Program-made: the position numbers and the translations under genes | From: a candidate division WWE3 bacterium | GTDB taxonomy: Bacteria; Patescibacteriota; WWE3; UBA101185; UBA10185 | Length of the DNA: 64,000 bases | Assembly: GCA_012798115.1 (NCBI GenBank) | Contig: JAAZNV010000006.1 | Coordinates: forward strand, 155,971-219,970 | Direction: 5' to 3' | Notes under the pieces: generated by a model | Told to the model about the DNA's origin: nothing | The model's input: the letters and a program-made list of their open reading frames with translations, nothing else | Database searches by the model: none | Shown here: piece by piece, positions 1 to 9,907 of the stretch | Numbering within the stretch: the stretch's first letter is position 1 | Layout: each line of letters begins with the position of its first letter

Positions 1-1007
1 AATTTAGCATTATTATTCCCGTTAGAAAAGTAAATGATTTTGTGAAAGAAAGTATTTCTAAGATTAAGGAGTTGGATTATGGAGATTACGAGGTTTTAAT
101 TGTTTTGGACGAGAAGGAAGAAGGTCTGGTTGATGATGATAAGTTTAAATATATTTTTACTGGTTCTTTAGGTCCTGCAGAAAAAAGAAACATTGCAGCA
201 AAAGAGTCAAGCGGGGACATACTTGCGTTTTTAGATGATGATGCTTATCCAAGACATGACTGGCTGTACATTGCTGAAAGAGAATTTGAAGATGAAAGTG
301 TGTATGCCTTGGCTGGTTCTACTTTAACTCCTGAGAACTGTTCTTTTCTGGAGAAAATGGCTGGAAAGGTTCTTGATACCCCATTTGTTAGTGGTTCCAC
401 CCTCTTGAGGTTTAGACCATTAGAAAGAAAGGTTATTGATGACTCTCCAACGGTAAACTTGTTTGTTAGGAAGAATGTCTTTCTTTCTATTGGAGGGTTT
501 ACTGTAAACTTTTGGCCTGGAGAGGATACTAAGTTATGTTTGGACTTGGTTAATAAGTTCAAAAGAGGTTTTCCATACGAACCTGACTTAATTGTTTATC
601 ATCATAGAAGAGAGCTTCTTCTTCCTCATCTTAAACAAATATCAAGATATGGTAGGCATAGGGGTTGGTTTGCTAGAGCATTTCCTGAAACATCTAGATT
701 TTTTCCTTACTTTATTCCATCTTTATTTGTTCTTGGTCTTTTTTTAGGTCCTTTGGTTTGTAATTTTGTCCCGTACCTTTGGAACATATATTTTTCTGTT
801 ATTAGTGTTTACTTGACTGTTATGTTTTTTGAATGTGTAAAAAAAGCTTCTGAAGAAAAAAGTTTACTTGCAGGATGTTATATGTCAGTAGGAATGCTTT
901 TAACCCATGTTGTTTATGGTTTTAATTTTATTATTGGTTACATTAAAAAACCTGAGCTAAAGCTAAGGAAATTTGATGTAAAAACAGGAAACTACATTGG
1001 TGGGTAA
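1..1007 (+). CDS. Family 2 glycosyltransferase (GT2), 5'-truncated by the window edge, with a C-terminal membrane segment.
   Basis: Motifs 'YEVLIVLDEKEEG' and 'GDILAFLDDDAYP' are typical of the GT2 DxD region. The reading frame stays open back to position 1 (the listed start at 42 is a GTG), so the N-terminus lies outside the window. The C-terminal ~90 aa are hydrophobic. Confidence 0.75.
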   Translation, partial: FSIIIPVRKVNDFVKESISKIKELDYGDYEVLIVLDEKEEGLVDDDKFKYIFTGSLGPAEKRNIAAKESSGDILAFLDDDAYPRHDWLYIAEREFEDESVYALAGSTLTPENCSFLEKMAGKVLDTPFVSGSTLLRFRPLERKVIDDSPTVNLFVRKNVFLSIGGFTVNFWPGEDTKLCLDLVNKFKRGFPYEPDLIVYHHRRELLLPHLKQISRYGRHRGWFARAFPETSRFFPYFIPSLFVLGLFLGPLVCNFVPYLWNIYFSVISVYLTVMFFECVKKASEEKSLLAGCYMSVGMLLTHVVYGFNFIIGYIKKPELKLRKFDVKTGNYIGG

Positions 1008-1014
1008 AGAAAAG

Positions 1015-2577
1015 ATGGTAAGTAAAAGAAAATTTAAGGTTGCTATTTGTTATCCTCCTGTTGAGAGTAAAAAGGGAGTGCCTTTGTTGTCTCAAAACAG
1101 GCAATTTCAATACTTTAACTATTCAACTTTTGTGTATCCAATGATCCCTGCATATGCTGCAACTATGGCAAAGGATAGTGGTTATAATGTTTTATGGATG
1201 GATGGCATTGCAGAAAAAATGTCTTATGAAAAATGGTTTAGTAACTTAAGAAGAGAAAAACCAAACTTAGTGCTTATTGAAACAAAAACTCCAGTTATTA
1301 AAGCTCATTGGAAGATAGTTAAGGAAATAAAAGATAATATTCCAGAGACTGTTGTTGTGCTTGTTGGGGACCATGTTACATATTTGCCAATAGAATCTTT
1401 AGAAAATTGTCCTGTTGATTATATTCTTACTGGAGGGGATTATGATTTCCTTCTTGTTGATCTTCTTGAGTGTTTAAGTGAAGAAAGTAAAGACACAAAT
1501 AAAGAAACTAATGCAAAAAGAAGGCAACTTCCTGGAGGTATATTTGGAAGGAGAGGTGATAGAAGAGTAAAACTAGGTGAGCTTTCCAAGGAGATGGGAA
1601 ATTACTGGTCTTCGGGTCCATTGGAGTTAAGACATAGCTTAGATAGTCTTCCATTTATTGATAGAGATTTAACTAAATGGCAGCTTTATGCTTTTGAGAA
1701 TGGAAATTATAAATATAAACCAGGGACATATATGTATTCTGGAAGAGATTGTTGGTGGGGAAGATGTACATTTTGTATTTGGGATCAAGTTTTATACCCA
1801 CAAGGAACTTACAGAAGATTTTCCCCTAGGAGATTGTTTGAAGAAGTTAAATATGTGGTTGATAAATATGGAGTTAAGGAAATTTTTGATGATGCTGGAA
1901 CTTTTTTTATTGGAGATTCTTTGAAAGAATTTTGTAATCTAATGATTGACTCTGGTTACAATAAAAAGGTAGTTTTAGGTTGTAACATGAGGATAAATGC
2001 ATTGACAAGAGAGTATTGTGAATTGATGAAAAAAGCTAATTTTAGATTTATTCTTTATGGTTTGGAGTCTGCCAATCAAGAAACTTTAGATAAATTAGAA
2101 AAAGGGTTAAAAGTGAAGGAAGTAGAATCTTACTTAAAGACTGCAAAAGAATGTGGCCTTGAGCCTCATATCACAGTTATGCTTGGCTATCCTTGGGAAA
2201 CAGAAGAAATGACGTTAAAGACAATTTCTTTTTCTAAAGAATTGTTTAAGAAAGGTTATGTGGATACAATGCAAGCTACTATTGTTATTCCTTATCCTGG
2301 TTCTAAACTTTATAACCAATGCAAAGAAAATGATTGGTTTGAAGTAGATCCAAGAGATTATGAGGCATTTGATATGAGAGGTCCTGTAATGAAAGTTCCT
2401 TTTTCTAAGGAGAAACTTATGCAACTGACTCGAGAGCTTTATTCATCTTTTTTAACTCCTCAATATATTTTTAGAAGATTAGTAAGTATAAGGAGCATGA
2501 ATGACATTAGGTTTTTAGTTTATTCAGTTAAAAAGTTGATAGGACACTTGCTTGATTTTGATAAGGATCAGATTTAG
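1015..2577 (+). CDS. B12-binding-domain radical SAM protein (class-B-like) with a non-canonical Cys motif.
   Basis: The N-terminal Rossmann-like region ('KVAICYPPV', 'LVLIETKTPV', 'VVLVGDHVTY') resembles a B12-binding domain and is followed by 'DCWWGRCTFC' (CX4CX2C). Start assigned to the ATG at 1015, because the TTG at 997 overlaps the upstream gene. Confidence 0.55.
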   Translation: MVSKRKFKVAICYPPVESKKGVPLLSQNRQFQYFNYSTFVYPMIPAYAATMAKDSGYNVLWMDGIAEKMSYEKWFSNLRREKPNLVLIETKTPVIKAHWKIVKEIKDNIPETVVVLVGDHVTYLPIESLENCPVDYILTGGDYDFLLVDLLECLSEESKDTNKETNAKRRQLPGGIFGRRGDRRVKLGELSKEMGNYWSSGPLELRHSLDSLPFIDRDLTKWQLYAFENGNYKYKPGTYMYSGRDCWWGRCTFCIWDQVLYPQGTYRRFSPRRLFEEVKYVVDKYGVKEIFDDAGTFFIGDSLKEFCNLMIDSGYNKKVVLGCNMRINALTREYCELMKKANFRFILYGLESANQETLDKLEKGLKVKEVESYLKTAKECGLEPHITVMLGYPWETEEMTLKTISFSKELFKKGYVDTMQATIVIPYPGSKLYNQCKENDWFEVDPRDYEAFDMRGPVMKVPFSKEKLMQLTRELYSSFLTPQYIFRRLVSIRSMNDIRFLVYSVKKLIGHLLDFDKDQI

Positions 2578-2588
2578 TTTAAAACTAT

Positions 2589-3746
2589 ATGAAAATAGCA
2601 GTACTTCATAGATATCCCCCAAGACAAGTAATAGGAACAAATGCTTCTTTCATTGATTTCTTAAGGATTTTAAGTGAAAGAAATCATGAGGTTTTTTACC
2701 TTACCTACAAGGATAAAGGAGATTTACCTGCGTTTATGAACTTAAAGTATGTGTTTCTTCCGTTTACTTTTAATAGGGGTAATAATCTTGATAAGGTAAT
2801 AAAGACATACTTATGGATCTTTCTTATTCCAATAGTTGTATTCTTTAAGAATAAAAAGGAAAAATTTGATGTCATTTATTGTGATGATTCTGTTCCTTAC
2901 TTTGCTTTTTTAACTAAAGTTTTAAATCCAAAGACTAAGGTAGTTATAAGATTGGGGGATTTGCAAAGCAGCTATGCACTTGCTGATAAGAGTAAGAAAC
3001 TTTTTGGATTTGTTTTGAATATTGAAACTTTAATGTGGAAAAGGATGGATGGACTGGTGGCAATAAGCAATTCATTTAAGAAGTTCCTCCTTGAAAGAGG
3101 TTTAGAAGAGAAAAAAATTAGTGTAGTAGAAGAAAGTGTTAACTTAAGCAATGATGTTTATACTGAAGGGATAGAAAGAAATAAGCAAGAAGTTGTGTTC
3201 ATGTTTCATGGTGCTTTAGTTAAGTGTAAAGGTACAAATGTATTACTTGATGCTTTTTCAATATTGAACAAGAAATATCCTAATACAAAGTTAATTATTG
3301 CTGGGGGAGGAAATGAAGAAAAAGCACTTAGAAACCAAGCTAAACTTTTAAAATTGAAGAATATTGAGTTTATTGGATGGTATGATCATGCAAAACTTGA
3401 GGAAATAGTGAGAAGAGTTGATATTAGTATTGCTATGAGAAGCCCTAATATGGCTAATAATTTTGTTGTTACCACATGCCTTTTAGAAAATTGGAAGTAT
3501 AAAAAACCTGTAATTGTCCCTGATCTTGACTCTTTTAAAGAAGTTATTAAAGATGGAATAAATGGGATATTTTTTAAGGTTGGAGATAGCAATGACTTGT
3601 TTAAAAAGATGGAGTATTTACTGAATAAAAAAGATGTATGGAATACTTTAGGAGAAAATGGATTTAAAACTAGCAAGGATATTTTTGATTGCAAAAAAAT
3701 AGCGTTTAAGATGGTTTGTGCCTTAGAAGAATATGCAAGACAGTAA
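2589..3746 (+). CDS. GT-B fold glycosyltransferase (GT4-like).
   Basis: The C-terminal half has GT4-like architecture ('KLIIAGGGNEE', 'IEFIGWYDH', 'KPVIVPDLDSFKEVIKDGINGIFF'). Clean ATG start at 2589. Confidence 0.6.
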   Translation: MKIAVLHRYPPRQVIGTNASFIDFLRILSERNHEVFYLTYKDKGDLPAFMNLKYVFLPFTFNRGNNLDKVIKTYLWIFLIPIVVFFKNKKEKFDVIYCDDSVPYFAFLTKVLNPKTKVVIRLGDLQSSYALADKSKKLFGFVLNIETLMWKRMDGLVAISNSFKKFLLERGLEEKKISVVEESVNLSNDVYTEGIERNKQEVVFMFHGALVKCKGTNVLLDAFSILNKKYPNTKLIIAGGGNEEKALRNQAKLLKLKNIEFIGWYDHAKLEEIVRRVDISIAMRSPNMANNFVVTTCLLENWKYKKPVIVPDLDSFKEVIKDGINGIFFKVGDSNDLFKKMEYLLNKKDVWNTLGENGFKTSKDIFDCKKIAFKMVCALEEYARQ

Positions 3747-4710
3747 ATCTAAATTTACAATTGTCATAAACACGTATCCTAATAAGACAAGAAATGAAGA
3801 TTTAACTAAGTGTTTGGATTCTGTGCTTAAACAAACCTTTAAGGATTTCACTATTATTATTGTTGAAAATAATTCAAGTCTTAATGAAATTGTGTTGTTG
3901 CTTAAAAAATATTTTGATTATAGAAATATTATTAAAGTTATAAACAACCCTATTAAAAATCTTCCAACCCTTTTTAATTTAGGGTGGATGTATTCTAGTT
4001 CAGAGTATCTTGTATATATTGCAGATGATGTAGAGATAGAACCTAGTTGGTTGGAAAGTGTTAATAAGGAGCTTAGTAACAGCGATGATGTTGGGGTTGT
4101 TACAGGACCAATTATTTCTGCTTGTTTTCCTGCTGGAGAAATGCATAGACTTTACCTTTTAAGTCAAAGAAATGTTGTAGGTAGAATACTTTCTTGGCCT
4201 TATCTTCATTTTTCTATGGAAGATAAAGTCTTGAAACCTGGAGCATTGTTTGAAAGTGGAGCATATAGTATTGGATCAAGCCTTGAAATATCTAAAGGTT
4301 ATCCTAGACAAGAAATTGATTTGGCTACAACGTCAAGTATGGGCATAAAAAGAAAGGTCTTAAATGAAGTTAATGGTTTTAATACCGTCTTTAATTTTAA
4401 TCATGCTGATGGAGATCTTTTTATTAGGATTAAGAAAGCTGGATATAAAATAATATTTAATCCAAACGTAGTTTCTCATCATAATGTTAGACTTGGACCA
4501 TCAAGAAACGCTTATTTTATTGGAGTTGATACAGGAATTTTTTATAGAAAACATGTGAGACCTAAATCTTTTAAGGGGATTATTGGAGTGTTCCTTAATC
4601 TTTTGGTTTTTAAGCTTTATTGGATATACAATGCATTTAAAACTAAAGATATTAAGCAATTAAGAGGAATATCTGGATTTATAGAAGGTTACTTTGAGAA
4701 AGAAGATTAA
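3733..4710 (+). CDS. Family 2 glycosyltransferase.
   Basis: N-terminal 'FTIVINTYPNK...LDSVLKQTFKDFTIIIVENNS' and 'YIADDVEI' (DxD-like) are GT2 features. Confidence 0.7.
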   Translation: MQDSKSKFTIVINTYPNKTRNEDLTKCLDSVLKQTFKDFTIIIVENNSSLNEIVLLLKKYFDYRNIIKVINNPIKNLPTLFNLGWMYSSSEYLVYIADDVEIEPSWLESVNKELSNSDDVGVVTGPIISACFPAGEMHRLYLLSQRNVVGRILSWPYLHFSMEDKVLKPGALFESGAYSIGSSLEISKGYPRQEIDLATTSSMGIKRKVLNEVNGFNTVFNFNHADGDLFIRIKKAGYKIIFNPNVVSHHNVRLGPSRNAYFIGVDTGIFYRKHVRPKSFKGIIGVFLNLLVFKLYWIYNAFKTKDIKQLRGISGFIEGYFEKED

Positions 4711-4712
4711 GT

Positions 4713-5891
4713 ATGAAGAAGCTTTATGTAGTTTTTAATTCACAAGTTGATAATAACAGCATGGGAGGAGGAGATAAGATAGTAATGAACATATCAAAGG
4801 TATTAGGAGAAAAGAAGTTATATGATTTAAAGTATATTGGATGCCCTGAAGGTTATGAAATGGTTTCAAAGAACATTAAAAATGTAAGTTTTTCTTATTT
4901 GAATAAGTTTAAAGTTAAATCCTTAGGCTTACTTGGAGCTTATTTTTTAAGAATCTTATTTTCTTTTAATATTTTTAAATTAAGGATAAAGAATGAAGAT
5001 GTTGGTTTAAAAGATACTGTATTGTGGTCTTCATCAGACTTTCTTCCGGATACGTTTCCTTGTTTTTTATATAAATTGTTTAACCCAAGTGTTAGATGGG
5101 TTGGCAGTATGTTCTTAAGGTTAAGAAATCCCTTCAAGAAAGAAATTAAATTTAATTACAAGACTTTCTTTTCTTTTGTTTCTCAACAAGTTTCCATTTT
5201 CTTTTTTAAGATGTGTTGCGACCACATATGTGTTTTGTGTAAAGATGATGTTAATTATTTAATAAGGAAAGGAATACCTAAAAGCAGAATTTTTATTACC
5301 TCAGGTGGGGTGAATATTAAAGAATTTAATGAAGTCTCCATAAGTGAAAAGAAATATGATGCTTGCTTTGTTGGTAGATTTCACACCCAAAAAGGTATTG
5401 ATGATTTGATTTACGTTTGGAAAAAGATAGTTGAAGAAGGTAAGAATAAAGGAACGAAAAGGAAGTTAGCTGTTGTTGGATGGGGGGATGAAAAGCAAGT
5501 TAAAACTTTAAATGATTTGATTGAAAATAATGGTATAGGAGAATATGTTGATATGAAGGGATTCTTGGATGGCAAAGATAAGATAAGTGTTATTAAATCT
5601 AGTGGAGTTTTATTGTTTCCAAGTAGTTTTGAAAGCTGGGGAGTAGTTGTAGCAGAAGGAATAGCATCAAAAGTTCCTGTTGTTTCTTATAGACTTCCCA
5701 CTATTTATGAAAATTTCAAGTTTGGAGTAGTGTGGGTTGATCCTTTCGATAAGGAAAAGTATTTTAGTGAAGTTGAAAAATTATTGACTGATGAAGATTA
5801 TAGAAATGGCATTATTAATGAAGCTAAAGATTTTGTTAATGAACTTGATTGGGAGAATGTTGGTATTAAGTTTAGTAAACATATTATCTAA
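4713..5891 (+). CDS. GT4-like glycosyltransferase.
   Basis: 'FVGRFHTQKGIDDLI', 'LAVVGWGDE' and 'ESWGVVVAEGIASKVPVV' (the E-x7-E region) are present. Confidence 0.65.
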   Translation: MKKLYVVFNSQVDNNSMGGGDKIVMNISKVLGEKKLYDLKYIGCPEGYEMVSKNIKNVSFSYLNKFKVKSLGLLGAYFLRILFSFNIFKLRIKNEDVGLKDTVLWSSSDFLPDTFPCFLYKLFNPSVRWVGSMFLRLRNPFKKEIKFNYKTFFSFVSQQVSIFFFKMCCDHICVLCKDDVNYLIRKGIPKSRIFITSGGVNIKEFNEVSISEKKYDACFVGRFHTQKGIDDLIYVWKKIVEEGKNKGTKRKLAVVGWGDEKQVKTLNDLIENNGIGEYVDMKGFLDGKDKISVIKSSGVLLFPSSFESWGVVVAEGIASKVPVVSYRLPTIYENFKFGVVWVDPFDKEKYFSEVEKLLTDEDYRNGIINEAKDFVNELDWENVGIKFSKHII

Positions 5892-7171
5892 TGAATATCC
5901 TTTTTATTAACAGATGGGTGGGCTATAACGAAGGTGGCAACGAAACACATATTAAAGATCTTATGTATCAGTTTTCAAAGAAAGGTCATATCATTACTGT
6001 TATTACTACTCAAGGAGATTCTTTAGATTATCTTAAAGATAAGATAAATATTGAATATGTCAGTGGTATTCATGGTTACTATTCTTATAGATTCTTAGGT
6101 TTTTTATATGCTTTTGTATTTAATCTAAAATGCTTTGTTAAATTTATTGAATTAAATAAAAAGTTAAGAAGAAAAGGAGAAAGATTTGATGTTTTATCTG
6201 TTCATTTTTCTTTAGAAGCCTTTCTAGCTAGGTTTATTAAGCTTTTCTTTGGAGTTCCATATGTTTTAGTTCTTGCTGGAGATACTTTGTTTGAGCTTAT
6301 TGAAGGAAAAAGAGCTGATGGAAAGGTAGCTATTTCTAATTTTATGAATGATCAGTGTAAGAAGTATGGTTATAGTGCAGAAATTATCCCAAAAGGTATA
6401 GATTTAAGCAGGTTTAATCCAAACGTTGATTGCAAAGATTTGTTTGATGAGAATAAGTTAAGTGGGAAGGTCCTTATTTTAACTGTTTGCAGGTTGGATC
6501 CTAGGAAGGATTTAATTACTCTTGTTGAGTGTGCCAATGAAATAATAAATAAGAAGAAAAGAAGAGATTTTATGTTTTTGATTATTGGCGAAGGTGTGGA
6601 AAGGAGAAGATTGGAAGAAAAAATAGAAAATTATGGTTTAAAAGATAATGTTAAGTTAATAGGGAAAGTGTTGAATTCAAGTAATGAACTACCAAAATAT
6701 TATGTAATGTCTAACTTGTTTGTGCTTCCTACTTTGTATGAAGGATTTGGGTGGGTTTATATTGAAGCTATGGCTTCTGGTCTTCCTATTGTAACCACAA
6801 AAGTAGGGTCAAACGAAGAAGTAGTAGGTGATATAGGTGTTCTTATCAAGCCAAGAGACCATGTTTTGCTGGCTGATACTGTTTTAAAGATACTAGATGA
6901 TAAAGAAAATATTGAGAAGATGAGGAAGAGTGGGTTAGAGAAGGTAAAAGCATACTCTTGGGATAACATTATGTTTAATTATGAGGGTTATTACTTAAGT
7001 GTAAGTAGTAAAAAGTGTGATAGCTTAAGTTGTAAATTGTTTGTTTTGTTGAGTATTTTTACGGATATAATATTTGTTGCTTTAAAGTCCTTTGTTAATT
7101 TGTTTATATCAAGAAAAAGAAGATATGTTGGTAGCTGGAGTGGTGTTGGACAAGAGGGGATGAATAAGTAA
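5891..7171 (+). CDS. GT4 glycosyltransferase with a hydrophobic C-terminal tail.
   Basis: 'CRLDPRKDLITLVE', 'LIIGEGVERRRLEE' and 'EGFGWVYIEAMASGLPIVTTKVGSNEEVV' are present. An extra ~60-aa C-terminal segment contains a transmembrane-like stretch. Confidence 0.75.
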   Translation: MNILFINRWVGYNEGGNETHIKDLMYQFSKKGHIITVITTQGDSLDYLKDKINIEYVSGIHGYYSYRFLGFLYAFVFNLKCFVKFIELNKKLRRKGERFDVLSVHFSLEAFLARFIKLFFGVPYVLVLAGDTLFELIEGKRADGKVAISNFMNDQCKKYGYSAEIIPKGIDLSRFNPNVDCKDLFDENKLSGKVLILTVCRLDPRKDLITLVECANEIINKKKRRDFMFLIIGEGVERRRLEEKIENYGLKDNVKLIGKVLNSSNELPKYYVMSNLFVLPTLYEGFGWVYIEAMASGLPIVTTKVGSNEEVVGDIGVLIKPRDHVLLADTVLKILDDKENIEKMRKSGLEKVKAYSWDNIMFNYEGYYLSVSSKKCDSLSCKLFVLLSIFTDIIFVALKSFVNLFISRKRRYVGSWSGVGQEGMNK

Positions 7172-7220
7172 GCTATTTCCTTTATAATGTACGTGAAAGT
7201 TGCTGCTGACTTTTTCTAAA

Positions 7221-8096
7221 ATGAATAAGAAAATAAATAATTTTAGTGAGAATAAACCTTTGGTGTCTGTAATAATGCCTGCTTATAATGCTGAGAAGTA
7301 TATTTCAGAAGCCATTGAGAGTATTTTGAATCAAACTTTCAAAGACTTTGAATTCATTATCTTAGATGATGGCTCTGCTGATATAACTTGGGAGGTTATC
7401 AACTCGTATGCATTAAAAGATTCAAGGATCATATCAGTTAAGAATGAATCCAATTTGGGCATTGTCGCTAGTAGGAATAAGGGTCTAAAAATATCTAGGG
7501 GTAAGTACATAATTTGGGCAGATTCAGATGACATATCTCTCCCTACGAGAATAGAGAAGCAAGTTGGTTTAATGGAGAAGGATGTGAGCATTGGTATTTG
7601 TGGTTCCTACATCCAAAGCTTCTATAACGGTATAAATAAAGGTATAAGGAAGTACTCAACCAGTGATGAACATTTGAGAAAGAACATTTTTAGATACTCT
7701 CCTGTTGCCCAACCAGCAGCAATAATCAGAAAGGAATGCTTTGAAAAGGTTGGTATATATAATACTAAATATGAGGTTTCTCAGGATCTTGATATGTCTT
7801 TTAGAATCGGGGAAAAGTATAAATTTGCTAATGTTCCAGAAGTTCTTTTGAGGTATAGAGAGCATTCGAAGTCAGCGACTTACTCTAATGTTAGAAAGCA
7901 AATAATTAACACTCTGAAAATAAGGAGGAAGTATTCTAAAGGCTATTGTTACAAGATGAACCTTCTTGATAGACTAGCTTATATTTTAACTTGGACAATG
8001 CAGTTCTTACCGGTTGTTTTAGTCTTGCGTCTTTTTAAATTCTTTAGGGATGTAGATAGATTTCTAACTTTGCCTAGTGATAAATCTAATCAATAA
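7221..8096 (+). CDS. Family 2 glycosyltransferase.
   Basis: 'PLVSVIMPAYNAEKYISEAIESILNQTFKDFEFIILDDGSAD' is a classic GT2 N-terminus. Start taken at the internal ATG (7221), because 7200 is a TTG. Confidence 0.8.
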   Translation: MNKKINNFSENKPLVSVIMPAYNAEKYISEAIESILNQTFKDFEFIILDDGSADITWEVINSYALKDSRIISVKNESNLGIVASRNKGLKISRGKYIIWADSDDISLPTRIEKQVGLMEKDVSIGICGSYIQSFYNGINKGIRKYSTSDEHLRKNIFRYSPVAQPAAIIRKECFEKVGIYNTKYEVSQDLDMSFRIGEKYKFANVPEVLLRYREHSKSATYSNVRKQIINTLKIRRKYSKGYCYKMNLLDRLAYILTWTMQFLPVVLVLRLFKFFRDVDRFLTLPSDKSNQ

Positions 8097-8106
8097 TTAT
8101 GCGTAT

Positions 8107-8769
8107 ATGAATGAAAAAGATAATCTAGATAGAATTATTGATTTTGTTTTGAGCGATGATACCGTTGATTATGGATACTATGGTAGCAAGGCTCTTCTTC
8201 CTAAGAGATTTCTGTGGTGGAAGAGGCTGGAGATTGCCCGTGATATTTACGAGAAATATGAGAAAGGTATAGGGAAGAATAGCTTGTTGGATTTTGGATG
8301 TCAATTTGGATTTTTTTCTGTTTTTCTCTCTAAGGAATTTAAAAACGTATATTTAATCGAGACAGCTCAGGAATATTTAGATCTGGGAGTTTACATGCAT
8401 AGTAAGCTTGGTAATGGTAACTACAAAGCAATTATTAATTCTAAGGACAATCCCTCAGAATTTATAGGTAAAATAAGTGAAAAGGTGGATCTATTTTTGT
8501 TCTTTGACGTTTTAGAGCACGTGAGGGATGTGAACCAAATGCTATTGAATTTGAGAAGGATCTCTAAGTCTAACACTTATCTAATAATATCTCTACCAAC
8601 TGAGAATTTAATTTATTTGTTGTTGACTATGTTTAGAAAAGAAAAGGGGCATATCAATAGATACTTTGTAGTTGAGAAAGCACTGAGGGAAAGTGGCTAT
8701 AAACTAGTAGAAAAAAGAAGTCTGTTTATGCTCTTTAATATTTATTTATATAGATGTGGCGAGAATTGA
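8107..8769 (+). CDS. Class I SAM-dependent methyltransferase.
   Basis: Motif I 'LLDFGCQFGFFS' and 'LFLFFDVLEHVRD' are present. Start at ATG 8107 (8077 is a GTG that overlaps the upstream stop). Confidence 0.6.
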   Translation: MNEKDNLDRIIDFVLSDDTVDYGYYGSKALLPKRFLWWKRLEIARDIYEKYEKGIGKNSLLDFGCQFGFFSVFLSKEFKNVYLIETAQEYLDLGVYMHSKLGNGNYKAIINSKDNPSEFIGKISEKVDLFLFFDVLEHVRDVNQMLLNLRRISKSNTYLIISLPTENLIYLLLTMFRKEKGHINRYFVVEKALRESGYKLVEKRSLFMLFNIYLYRCGEN

Positions 8770-9907
8770 TAATAAAATGAGTAACGTAATTGTAATTTCA
8801 CATAAGTCTAACACTCAGCCAGATGATGATCTTGTTTTATACCTAAAAGGCAAAAAAGAAAAGAATGTAATGCACATTACTCATGCTTTTTCTGATTCTC
8901 CTAATAGAGTAAGTACTTGTGTTTGGTATAAAGATGGTACTTCTCATAAAGTATGGAAGTCTGGAGATTATGAAGGCTACCCCGAAGCGACCATTTATCT
9001 TAAAGAGATAATTTTTACCCTCAAGTGTATTTTAAGATCTAAAATTTACTGGGATACATGCGTTTGCATGGACGGTTTATGTGCTTTGTATGGGATGTTA
9101 GGGAGAATTTTTATGCGAGTTAAAAGGATAGTCTATTGGGCAATAGATTTTGTTCCTAGTGGTAGGTTTAAATCAAAGACTAAAAATTTTATATATAAAT
9201 CTATTAATGTACTTGGTTACAAGAAAGCAGATGAGATGTGGGATTTATCCCCAAGAATGGTAGAAGCAAGAAAAAAGTTTCTTGGAATAAAATTGGAAGA
9301 CTACAAGAAACATAAAGTAGTTCCTTATGGGGTGTGGATAGAAAGAATTAAAAAGTATCCCTATGAAGAATGTGAAAAAAATACGTTAGTATTTATGGGT
9401 CATTTAATTGAGAAACAAGGAGTACAACTTGTTCTACAAGCTGTTCCCCAAATTGTTAAAAGAAATCCGAATTTTAAATTTAAGGTAATAGGAAAGGGTA
9501 GGTATAAAGATAGACTTAAACAAATGGTTAGTGATTTGAGAATTGAAAGATATGTTAATTTCATGGAAATAGAAGAAGATACTGTACTTGAAGAAGAGAT
9601 TGCTAAATCATGTGTTGCTATTGCCCCCTACATTAAAAATCTTGATACATGGACCTATTACGCTGATCCTGGCAAGGTAAAGAAGTACTTGGGGTGTGGG
9701 GTTCCAGTTTTGTTGACAGATATTCCATGGAATGCTAGAGAGATAGAAGAAGAAGGGTGCGGTAAAATCATATCCGAAGATCTAAATGTTATCGTTGATA
9801 GTGTGTTAGGTTTGATGGATGGTGATGTAAATCAAAGGTTTAGAGATTCGTCTAATAAGTATGCGAAAAGCTTTGATTATCAGAAAATATTTAGTGAGTT
9901 GATATAA
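8756..9907 (+). CDS. GT-B fold (GT4-like) glycosyltransferase.
   Basis: 'LVFMGHLIEKQGVQL', 'FKVIGKGRYKDRLKQ' and 'GCGVPVLLTDIPWNAREIEEEGCGKII' are present. The start is uncertain: GTG at 8756, with an alternative ATG at 8777. Confidence 0.5.
   Translation: MARIDNKMSNVIVISHKSNTQPDDDLVLYLKGKKEKNVMHITHAFSDSPNRVSTCVWYKDGTSHKVWKSGDYEGYPEATIYLKEIIFTLKCILRSKIYWDTCVCMDGLCALYGMLGRIFMRVKRIVYWAIDFVPSGRFKSKTKNFIYKSINVLGYKKADEMWDLSPRMVEARKKFLGIKLEDYKKHKVVPYGVWIERIKKYPYEECEKNTLVFMGHLIEKQGVQLVLQAVPQIVKRNPNFKFKVIGKGRYKDRLKQMVSDLRIERYVNFMEIEEDTVLEEEIAKSCVAIAPYIKNLDTWTYYADPGKVKKYLGCGVPVLLTDIPWNAREIEEEGCGKIISEDLNVIVDSVLGLMDGDVNQRFRDSSNKYAKSFDYQKIFSELI

Noticed and set aside
245-562. Antisense ORFs embedded in annotated genes (this one, plus 1688-1924, 2215-2424, 3386-3694, 4940-5137, 6757-6969, 7331-7591, 9954-10169, 25007-25273, 49733-50056, 60522-60917 and others).
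   Set aside because: They lie inside, or antisense to, genes with strong family signatures. Their low-complexity composition is typical of AT-rich antisense frames, and they have no independent support.
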